This document shows positions 27,681-36,217 of a stretch of 64,000 bases of DNA, one piece after another. The stretch's first letter is position 1. Each line of letters starts with the position of its first letter. The notes below the pieces were generated by a model. The model did not search any database and was not told where the DNA came from. It worked only from the letters and a program-made list of their open reading frames with translations. This stretch comes from Candidatus Latescibacterota bacterium (GTDB lineage Bacteria > Latescibacterota > UBA2968). Location: contig OZ242320.1 in the NCBI GenBank assembly GCA_965208125.1, forward strand, positions 1,056,001-1,120,000, read 5' to 3'. The translations under genes were made by a program, and so were the position numbers.

Positions 27681-30600
27681 TTATCTCCCAATAAAAAATA
27701 TCACATCCTTGCTCACCTTCATCCCCGTATTCAAATCCGTTACCGTCACCTCCATCTCATAGTGTCCCGCTTCTGACCCACTCACATCAATCTCCAAATA
27801 ATTGTACTCTGTTTCCCGCGCACCCACCTGCTCGTAAGAAATTGTCACCTCTTTCTTCTCTTCAATACCCAAAAATGTTCCAACCGCGCGCAAAATTGTC
27901 ACGATCAGGGGCTTGCCCTTGCGGGGTGAAATTTTGTAATCCATCTGGTAGCGCGTCTGACCCAATTCGTCAAATGTCAACCCATAGACCTCGTAATAAA
28001 TCGTCACGGGTTGTCCCGGCACATAGGTTTTGGACGGCATAGGCACGACCTTATGCCCGCCTTTCACCTTCGCCGCAGCATCCTCCACTACCGATCCGGC
28101 CATCTCTATATCGCTCAATCCCAACTCACCGCCCTCATAAGCCTCCACCTCCACCTCGCGTGTATAAGCGCCCATCGCATTGCGAGCGCGATCATGCACT
28201 TCCACGCCCAAATAATATTTGCCTGGCGGCACATTGAGCCCCAACTCATCAATCAACAGTGTTCCACTACCCACCTCAGTATCATCTGACACGGCAAAAG
28301 GCAACCCGGCGACCTTCCGAAAAACCGGTGTCCACGTACTGTCAAACAGAGCAATACCCCGTTCAACACGACCTTCGGTTCGCCCCGAATCAATCAGAGC
28401 ACCCAGAGGCACACCGTAATAGACCTCTAACCGGCTGCGCGGACTCTCCCCGCGAAAATCTATCGCATCGAAGTGAAACTCTAAATCATCTGTTACGGAT
28501 CGATAAATCTCAGATTGTTGCCGCACCGCCCGCGCCATCACCCGATCGGGCCTTTTTGCCGTCCACTGGCTCTGATTAAAAGTTGACAGCACGCGTCCCT
28601 GTGGCATATCGGGAAAATCGAACCCGCCGCGGGAATCCAACGCCGTAAACACGACCTCAATACCACCTGCCACATCGGGATAAATCCAGTACTCCCAGTT
28701 CGTACCCCCATCAATGGGAAAAATGGGAAAACCCCGAATATTGGTCATACCCGCATCGCGGTCGCGATGCGAATCCTGCACATCGTCATAATAATTTCCA
28801 TCATTGCGATCGGCACCACCGCCAAAAAACGTGCGATTGGGATTCAACTCGTAATCAATAGATTCAAAATCTGAAACAATCAAATCCCCTGCATCTTCAC
28901 CCTGATATTGTACATCCCGCGTCGAAGTCCGCAGCCTGCCCATCCGCGCAATAATCTCCTTATGCGCCTCGGGAGTCAAGCCCATCCACAATCGCTCCTT
29001 GACCCGCACGACATCGGGATCCATCTCATAACGCACATCGCCTGCGCGGCTCTTGTGCGCGGGTTCGCCATAGCGAATATAAATCTCTCCGCGCTTGTCC
29101 CACGGCTTTTGTCCGGACGAAAAATTCTGCATCGCATACAACACCCGACGATAGTGCTCCACCAGACGCTCATTGCCCGGCGTGGCCGGCGTGGGATCGC
29201 GGCGCTGCCAGAACATCCGCACAAAGTCCGGCTGTTGCTCGGACGGCAATGCCTCATAAGCGGTAGCCTCTTTCGGCGTTGCCAACAAGCGAATATCTTG
29301 CAAAAGTCCGCGCCTGTCCTCATCTACCGTACGCAAATACTCCGCCATCACCTTCTGCGCTTCTCCTGTCTGTCCCATCAGTTGATACACACCTATGAGC
29401 AAAGGAAGACATTCCGCACGCAGTTCGGGACGCGTGTCCATCAACTCGCGCCACACGCGCGTCGCCCTTGCGCGTTGTCCCCGCTTCAACCATATCCGCC
29501 CCAGATCGAATCGCGCCCGTGCGTGCATCGGATTCACTACAATCTGCCGAGTATAGGCTTTCTCGGCAGCTTCGATCTTGCCCTCGCGTTCAAACACCCG
29601 CCCGAGCAAATACAGCAACTCCGGATGATTCGGATAATCTTCAATCGCCTCCTTCAAAGCGTCTTCTGCCCGCTGCTTCTCCCCCAGCAAACGGGCAAGC
29701 GCGCGGTTGGCCTGCGCGATTTTCCAATTGGGGCGAAGAGCCAAAGCCTGATCATAAGCCACCACGGCCTCATCCCACCGCTTGCGTCCCATGTGAACTA
29801 TCCCCACACCATTGTACACTTCGGGCAACACCCCACCTGCGTTCAACGCCGAGTTAAACGTCCGTTCCGCATAGGGCAAATTGCCGTCAAACAAATAGGC
29901 ATACCCCTGCGCGGCGCGCCCCATCAAATCGTTCCCATCTTCATCGAGAAGCACCTCAATCACCTTCAGCGCATCTCGTGCCTGTGCCGTATCTGGCAGC
30001 ACCTGTCGAGCCGCATAGCGCGGATCGATATGCTTTGCCAGTTCTTTGCGCCTGCCCAGAGCTGTGATTATCGCCCCGTTCAGGTTGGGAGGCGCACCAA
30101 AACCGAGCAACGGGTTATAATACGCCCGCGCCACAATCGAATTGCGGTCCATCCAGAACCCGTATAGGAATGCCGCGCGATCTGTGCGTCCCAGGCCAGT
30201 ATAAATGGCTTCAACCTCGGATCCCCCAAACCGTTTTAATAAATGCTGTGCTGTTTTTGCTCGCCGATCATCAAAACCCGAAGCCGGAACAAGCGTCTCC
30301 CCCATCACCTCAAATTTTCGAGCCGATACGAGTGTATCCCTTCCTGCCGTAACCCGAACTCGCAACGTGTATGTCCCCGGCAGCAATTCATGAGTGGGAA
30401 TGCCCTCGGCAAAATTGACTTCACCCCGGTACCCGGGAAATGACCGCTGATCGCGCCAGAGGCGATACCCGTATCGGTCTTCTATCTGCATCTCGACCCC
30501 GTGGCTCTGATAACCCAGATAATACACCTCAAAATACAGGTAGAGCGGATCTCCCCGCCAATATTGCCGCGCCGGATTGGGCAGTATCAAGCGCCCATCT

Positions 30601-31145
30601 TTTCGGAACATCTCAAGGCTCTCTCCCGCCCCCTGTGGGTTAAATCCGGAAGACAAATACAGATCGCTCATCCCCGTTTTCCCGGGATCGTAAGCGGGCA
30701 CATCGAGAGAAAATACCGCCAGCCCCGCCCGGTCTGCCTGCAAGTCACTCAAGGTCAGTTCCCCGCGATAGCGACCTGCGGGCAAGCGCACCTGCACCAT
30801 GTCATATACCATGCGGTCTGTATCGACAGTAGCTTCCAGCGATTCGGCTGTCAGCCTGCTCTCCGCCTCAACCTGTTGCACGACCTCTCCGGCATCGTTC
30901 AAGACCCGCAGCGAAGGCTTGTACCGCGCGAGATAAATCCCAGAACTTTGCCGCAAGAAAGCAAATTGCGCCACGGGAAATCTCAGGGTAACTTCTTCAA
31001 ATCCCTCACGTCCTCGATATCGAAAACTGCACACATCGATCTCAAAAGCTATAGATCCTTCTCCACGAGGTGGCAGGTCCGTCTCACTCGCGTGTATTTC
31101 AAAAACTGCGATCATCAAACTCAAAAATACCATCGCGATACGCAT
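27681..31145 (-). CDS. Large secreted GWxTD-like/TPR protein with Ig-like regions at both ends
   Basis: Signal peptide, TPR array, FWQRRDPTPATPGNERLVEHYRRVLYA and PWDKRGEIYIRYGEP. Confidence 0.8.
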   Translation of the reverse strand: MRIAMVFLSLMIAVFEIHASETDLPPRGEGSIAFEIDVCSFRYRGREGFEEVTLRFPVAQFAFLRQSSGIYLARYKPSLRVLNDAGEVVQQVEAESRLTAESLEATVDTDRMVYDMVQVRLPAGRYRGELTLSDLQADRAGLAVFSLDVPAYDPGKTGMSDLYLSSGFNPQGAGESLEMFRKDGRLILPNPARQYWRGDPLYLYFEVYYLGYQSHGVEMQIEDRYGYRLWRDQRSFPGYRGEVNFAEGIPTHELLPGTYTLRVRVTAGRDTLVSARKFEVMGETLVPASGFDDRRAKTAQHLLKRFGGSEVEAIYTGLGRTDRAAFLYGFWMDRNSIVARAYYNPLLGFGAPPNLNGAIITALGRRKELAKHIDPRYAARQVLPDTAQARDALKVIEVLLDEDGNDLMGRAAQGYAYLFDGNLPYAERTFNSALNAGGVLPEVYNGVGIVHMGRKRWDEAVVAYDQALALRPNWKIAQANRALARLLGEKQRAEDALKEAIEDYPNHPELLYLLGRVFEREGKIEAAEKAYTRQIVVNPMHARARFDLGRIWLKRGQRARATRVWRELMDTRPELRAECLPLLIGVYQLMGQTGEAQKVMAEYLRTVDEDRRGLLQDIRLLATPKEATAYEALPSEQQPDFVRMFWQRRDPTPATPGNERLVEHYRRVLYAMQNFSSGQKPWDKRGEIYIRYGEPAHKSRAGDVRYEMDPDVVRVKERLWMGLTPEAHKEIIARMGRLRTSTRDVQYQGEDAGDLIVSDFESIDYELNPNRTFFGGGADRNDGNYYDDVQDSHRDRDAGMTNIRGFPIFPIDGGTNWEYWIYPDVAGGIEVVFTALDSRGGFDFPDMPQGRVLSTFNQSQWTAKRPDRVMARAVRQQSEIYRSVTDDLEFHFDAIDFRGESPRSRLEVYYGVPLGALIDSGRTEGRVERGIALFDSTWTPVFRKVAGLPFAVSDDTEVGSGTLLIDELGLNVPPGKYYLGVEVHDRARNAMGAYTREVEVEAYEGGELGLSDIEMAGSVVEDAAAKVKGGHKVVPMPSKTYVPGQPVTIYYEVYGLTFDELGQTRYQMDYKISPRKGKPLIVTILRAVGTFLGIEEKKEVTISYEQVGARETEYNYLEIDVSGSEAGHYEMEVTVTDLNTGMKVSKDVIFFIGR

Positions 31146-31474
31146 AATAAATTCCCTTTTTTAAAATAGTCTCTATCTCAAGTAAAAACGCCTCCGGGAA
31201 GGTATAGGTCCCAGAAATTTACTCCAAAATAGTACATAATCAAAATTCAATTCAAAAAAATAAACAACAATGTCCTGCGGCATTCGGTCATTGGTTTTGT
31301 GAATCTAAGCACCCGTATAAGCGTGTAATGTTCTTAGACCCTGTATAATTTTCTTGTCACAGACCGCAATTTTCGTTATTTATATATTTCAATATCATAA
31401 TTATCATTAAAAGTGTAAATAAATGTAAATAATGTAAATAAATGTAACTGCAATCGAAAAAAAAGGAGCCTCTC

Positions 31475-32746
31475 ATGAAACCACTGAACCGGCGCACATT
31501 TCTCAGAAGTGCAGGTGTTTGTCTGGCCCTGCCGTTTTTAGACGCCATGATCCCCGTGGGGCGGGCTGCGAGTCAGGCATTTGCGGTTGCCCGCGCACAG
31601 GCTGCAAAGCGGCTGGTATGTGTTGGCAACCCCTTTGGAATGATCCCCGAGCGATTCTTCCCGACGGGAAGCGGCGCAAATTACACACTCCCCTCACTCC
31701 TGCAATCCCTCGCAGCGCACCAGCGAGATTTCACCATCTTCTCCAACCTGGACCACGGTGTAACCGGCGGACACCGCACCGCGCATACATTCTTGAGCGG
31801 CATTCGCATCAAAGACGCCAAAATGATGCCCGAAGGCAACATCAGCATCGATCAAAAAGCAGCGGAATTTGTCGGCGTCAACACGCGGTTCCCCTCGTTG
31901 AATGTAAGCATCAACGGAAACTGCGAAATGTGCTGGACGCGCACGGGCGTACGCGTGCCGCCGATCAACGACCCTAAAAAAGTATTCCAGGCACTCTTTG
32001 TAGATACCACAGCACAGGAAAAAGAACGGCGTGCAATCGCACTCGAGCAGCACGGCAGCATCTTAGACGCTGTCATGGGAGAAGCGAGATCCTTTGAGCG
32101 CAAACTGGGCCAAAGAGACCGGGAAAAACTGGAAGAATATCTGACCTCTGTGCGCACAGTCGAGAAAAAGCTGGGCATGTCCAAAGCGTGGCTGGACAAA
32201 CCCAAACCCCAGGTCAATATGGAAATGCCCGAAAATGGCCCCTTTGTCGAAACCCTGCCCTTGATGTACGACCTCATTGCCCTGGCACTGCAAACCGATT
32301 CCACGCGGATAGCAACCCTGGAAGTAGGCCAGGGGATCAAAACCACGGACCTGGGCTTGAACACGAATTACCACAAATACTCACACCACGGCAAATTGCC
32401 CGAACTCATGGAAGGCCTGACAATAATTGAAAAATACCAGATGAAACACCTGGGCCTGTTCTTCGACAAACTCAAAGCCATTGAAGACCCCGCCGGGGGA
32501 ACCCTGTTTGACAACACAATGATATTATCGGGCAGTGGCATGGGCAACGGCAGTTCGCACTCCAATAAAAACCTGCCCATCTTGCTCGCGGGGGGTGGAT
32601 TCCAACACGGGCAGCACATGGTATTTCCAGAAGCCAAGACCCAGCGCGTACCACTGAGCAACCTGTACCTATCCATGTTACAGAATTTTGGACTGGAAAT
32701 CGATCACTTTGGCCAGAGCACCGGCACGCTAAAAGGATTCGAATAA
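31475..32746 (+). CDS. DUF1552 (HXXSHH) family protein with twin-arginine-like signal
   Basis: RRTFLRSAGVCLALPFLDAM, SIDQ, LALQTDSTRIAT, HKYSHH, GTLFDNT, H...NLPILLAGG. Confidence 0.9.
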   Translation: MKPLNRRTFLRSAGVCLALPFLDAMIPVGRAASQAFAVARAQAAKRLVCVGNPFGMIPERFFPTGSGANYTLPSLLQSLAAHQRDFTIFSNLDHGVTGGHRTAHTFLSGIRIKDAKMMPEGNISIDQKAAEFVGVNTRFPSLNVSINGNCEMCWTRTGVRVPPINDPKKVFQALFVDTTAQEKERRAIALEQHGSILDAVMGEARSFERKLGQRDREKLEEYLTSVRTVEKKLGMSKAWLDKPKPQVNMEMPENGPFVETLPLMYDLIALALQTDSTRIATLEVGQGIKTTDLGLNTNYHKYSHHGKLPELMEGLTIIEKYQMKHLGLFFDKLKAIEDPAGGTLFDNTMILSGSGMGNGSSHSNKNLPILLAGGGFQHGQHMVFPEAKTQRVPLSNLYLSMLQNFGLEIDHFGQSTGTLKGFE

Positions 32747-32748
32747 AA

Positions 32749-35214
32749 ATGAAAAAAAGCGTTCTATTCCTCCTGATTGGCATCTTGTCGTCAGCGACTG
32801 CATGGGCAGAAGGGGATGCGACATACAAAAATACCGTGCGGACATTTCTATCCCAGCGGTGTTATAAATGCCACGGCGCAGAGCTTCAAAAAGCAGATCT
32901 GCGATTTGACACCCTCACGCTGGATTTTCACAATGAAGATGTCTTGCTCACATGGCAAAATATCGCCGACATGTTAAACCTCGGCTTAATGCCGCCCTAT
33001 GAAGAACCGCAGCCCGAACTCGCTGAAATGAAGCCCGTGATCGACTGGATTACCTCCTCGCTAAAAGCGCATTACGAAGCCGAAGAAAGCACGGGCGGAC
33101 AAACGGTATTGCGCCGCTTGAATCGGAACGAATACCGCAACACCATTCGGGACCTGTTGTATCTGGACATGACCATGTTTGACCCCACAGATGCATTTCC
33201 CCAGGACGATGAAGAACACGGATTTGACAACATCGGCAAAACCCTCGTCATGTCGGACTTTCTGGTCGAAAAATATCTCGACGCAGCCGATCAAATCGTA
33301 GAACGCGCCGTATTGCCCGCCCCCCAGCCAGAAGTAAAAACATACGAATTCACCTTTCCCATCATGCGCGGAGCCGGTGGATTTTTGGCACCGGCGAGCC
33401 GCCGCTTGAAACAGGGGTACGACGAGCTATTCCGCCGCCCCGATGACCGATGGGGATACATGTCCATCGACAGATTCCGAAAAGGCGTACCCCATTCGGG
33501 AATGTACCGCGTTCGCGTTCGCGCATCTGCCCACAACCAGCAACACCCCTATAACAAAGCACTGCGAACAGACGAAAATGAACCCATGCGCCTGGGCATT
33601 GTCGCCGCATCCGGGCGTTATGGCGACTTGCGGCAAAGCAACACATCGGACATAACACTGGCCGAATTTGAAATGATCGCAGACGGCAAACCGCGCGATT
33701 ACGAACGCGAACTCTGGCTGGATGAGTCTTACGTGCCGCGCGTCACCTATCCAAACGGACCCGTCACCCTTTATTGGCGAAGTCTTCTGAGGCGATATCA
33801 CCCTCAACTCTACGACAAAACAGACCGGCGCAAACTATCTCAACGAGAAGATCAGCAACTCGTACACCGGCAAACAGAAGTCACCGTCATGAATTATCTG
33901 GGGCCGAGCATTCGCATATACAAAGTCGAAATCGAAGGACCCCTTTACGACCAGTGGCCCCCGCCTTCGCACACGAGCGTCTTTGGCAAACGCGACCCCG
34001 ACAAAGTCAAACCGCGCGATATCCTGACCCGCTTTGCAACGCGCGCGTATCGCCGCCCGGTCAAACAGAGTGAAATCGCGCACATCCTGCAACTGGTCGA
34101 GCAACACGAAAAAGCAGGCGCCTCGCGCGTTCAGGCCATCAAAATGGGCTTAAAAGCCATCTTGTGTTCGCCCAACTTCCTCTATCTCTACGAAAACGAA
34201 GGGCAATTAGACGACTACGCACTCGCGTCCAAGTTATCGTATTTTCTCTGGTCATCCCTGCCCGACGAAGAATTATTCAATCTGGCAAAGAAAAAGCGAT
34301 TGCACAAACCGGACGTCTTGCGCGCACAAATTAATCGCATGTTAAAAGACGAAAAAGCGCGGGCATTTGTAGAGAACTTCACAGAGCGATGGTTGGCCCT
34401 GTACAAAATTGGCGAAATGCCGCCCGACCCGCGCAATTTCCGCCTGTACTATCAGGCGCATCTCGAAGACGCGATCAAAAAAGAAACCCACGCCTTCTTC
34501 CAGCACATCCTCGACAAAAACATGAGCATCGCGCATTTCATCGACTCTGACTTCACCTTCATCAACCGCGACCTGAGTTTGTTATACCGCATAGAAGGCG
34601 TAGAGAGCCGGGAATTTCGCAAAGTAAAACTCAACGACCCCAACCGCGGCGGCCTATTGGGACATGCCAGCGTATTGACGGCAACATCCAACGGCATCGA
34701 AACATCGCCCGTGGTGCGCGGCGTATGGGTATTGGAAAATATGTTGGGCATCACACCCCCACCCCCACTACCCGATATCGAACCACTTGAACCCGACATT
34801 CGGGGATCGACGACCATTCGTCAGCAACTGGCAAACCACCGCAATATCGCCACCTGCAACGAATGCCATCGCCACATCGATCCGCTGGGCTTTGCACTGG
34901 AAAATTTCAATCCCATAGGCGCGTGGCGATCTGGTTACGGTCCCAAAAAACCAAAAATAGATGCATCAGATGTCCTGTCTGACGGCAGCAAATTCGACGA
35001 TCTTGTGAGCTTTAAAAAGATCCTCATGGGAAAGAAAGATCAATTTGCCCGTTGCCTGACCGAAAAGATGCTCACCTATGCGACCGGACGCACATTGGAA
35101 GCCACGGACCGCCCCGAAGTGGATCGCATCGTACACGATTTGAAAACACAGGGCTATGGCTTGAAAGATCTGGTCCTGCTCGTAGCGACGAGTGAGCCAT
35201 TCTTGACCAAATAA
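32749..35214 (+). CDS. DUF1592/DUF1588/DUF1587/DUF1585-type protein with two CxxCH motifs
   Basis: CYKCH...MPP, RRLNRNEYRNTIRDLL, LASKLSYFLWSSLPD, RGGLL, SPVVRG.W, CNECH..IDPLGFALENF. Confidence 0.9.
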   Translation: MKKSVLFLLIGILSSATAWAEGDATYKNTVRTFLSQRCYKCHGAELQKADLRFDTLTLDFHNEDVLLTWQNIADMLNLGLMPPYEEPQPELAEMKPVIDWITSSLKAHYEAEESTGGQTVLRRLNRNEYRNTIRDLLYLDMTMFDPTDAFPQDDEEHGFDNIGKTLVMSDFLVEKYLDAADQIVERAVLPAPQPEVKTYEFTFPIMRGAGGFLAPASRRLKQGYDELFRRPDDRWGYMSIDRFRKGVPHSGMYRVRVRASAHNQQHPYNKALRTDENEPMRLGIVAASGRYGDLRQSNTSDITLAEFEMIADGKPRDYERELWLDESYVPRVTYPNGPVTLYWRSLLRRYHPQLYDKTDRRKLSQREDQQLVHRQTEVTVMNYLGPSIRIYKVEIEGPLYDQWPPPSHTSVFGKRDPDKVKPRDILTRFATRAYRRPVKQSEIAHILQLVEQHEKAGASRVQAIKMGLKAILCSPNFLYLYENEGQLDDYALASKLSYFLWSSLPDEELFNLAKKKRLHKPDVLRAQINRMLKDEKARAFVENFTERWLALYKIGEMPPDPRNFRLYYQAHLEDAIKKETHAFFQHILDKNMSIAHFIDSDFTFINRDLSLLYRIEGVESREFRKVKLNDPNRGGLLGHASVLTATSNGIETSPVVRGVWVLENMLGITPPPPLPDIEPLEPDIRGSTTIRQQLANHRNIATCNECHRHIDPLGFALENFNPIGAWRSGYGPKKPKIDASDVLSDGSKFDDLVSFKKILMGKKDQFARCLTEKMLTYATGRTLEATDRPEVDRIVHDLKTQGYGLKDLVLLVATSEPFLTK

Positions 35215-35239
35215 TCGCCAACCTCACAGAGGTAAAACA

Positions 35240-35269
35240 AAAAGCTCTGGTATTATTGCCAGAGCTTTT
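35240..35269 (+). terminator. Intrinsic terminator after the DUF1592 gene
   Basis: AAAAGCTCTGG-loop-CCAGAGCTTTT. Confidence 0.8.
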
Positions 35270-35486
35270 CTGTTTATAAAAATAAAGTTGAAAAACCTTC
35301 GTTTTCGATTGACCTACCTTAATTTAAATATTAACTTGACTTAAATATTAATTTAATTTGAAAATAAAATAAGTCATTTTAATTATCATCAACAATTCAT
35401 CCGCGGTCTGAAAGGAGGCATGCCTATAGCTTAAAGGCAGATGTGTTTTTAGAAATGCAACAAACCGCAACAAAGGAGGCGTGCTT

Positions 35487-36200
35487 ATGAAATATGGAAA
35501 AGTTGGTTTTTTGTGCCTGACCCTATTGTTTTTCACACCGGGTACAGGTCAATCGGAAATTGACGGCACCTGGGGAATGGGCATTGTAGCCAATTACGAA
35601 GTCCCACTATTCGCGCTGAATAGCTGGTTTCCTTCCGGCGGGATCAACATGGGTGTGTCCATTGTAAACGTCAAGAACGCCACCTGGACGTTTGAACTGG
35701 ACGGTCAATATACCAAATACAGTTCCGGAGACTTAGAGAACAGGAGCTTTCTCTTTGGAGGCGACGGACAAAGCTACAACAGCCCAAATGCCAGCTCAGA
35801 GATGATGTGGGCAAGCTTGACTGCAAACTTTCTTTATCACTTTAACAATGGTGGTGAGAAGTTGGAATCAGGCGGCGGCGCGCCGTATCTCATAATTGGC
35901 GCGGGCTTCTACCACTTTAAAAACAAGATGAGCGGGCTGATCTATCCGGGGCAGAGTGGCACGACTATTGACCCGAACGTTTTGTTGCGGCCAGCAGAAG
36001 ATGTCCGCACAGAACCCGGCGTGAGTGTGGGATTCGGGGTTGAGTATTTTGCCTCGCAGTCCGTCGCCATCGATATTCGCGGACAATACCATATTGTCTG
36101 GGGAGAAACGCGTTCCATGGAAGCCTGGGGGCTGGAAAAAGCATTCCCCTTTCACAAGTTTAACGGCGGAGCGCGGATCAAATTCTATTTCGCCAATTGA
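35487..36200 (+). CDS. Small outer-membrane beta-barrel protein (OmpA/porin-like)
   Basis: Signal peptide, alternating strands, PYLIIGAG and GFGVEYF motifs, AAGGAGG RBS. Confidence 0.7.
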   Translation: MKYGKVGFLCLTLLFFTPGTGQSEIDGTWGMGIVANYEVPLFALNSWFPSGGINMGVSIVNVKNATWTFELDGQYTKYSSGDLENRSFLFGGDGQSYNSPNASSEMMWASLTANFLYHFNNGGEKLESGGGAPYLIIGAGFYHFKNKMSGLIYPGQSGTTIDPNVLLRPAEDVRTEPGVSVGFGVEYFASQSVAIDIRGQYHIVWGETRSMEAWGLEKAFPFHKFNGGARIKFYFAN

Positions 36201-36217
36201 GGAAAGGAGATCGAGAT

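Noticed and set aside
28908-30167. 419-aa plus-strand ORF
   Set aside because: Antisense shadow of the GWxTD/TPR gene, with no motifs or RBS.
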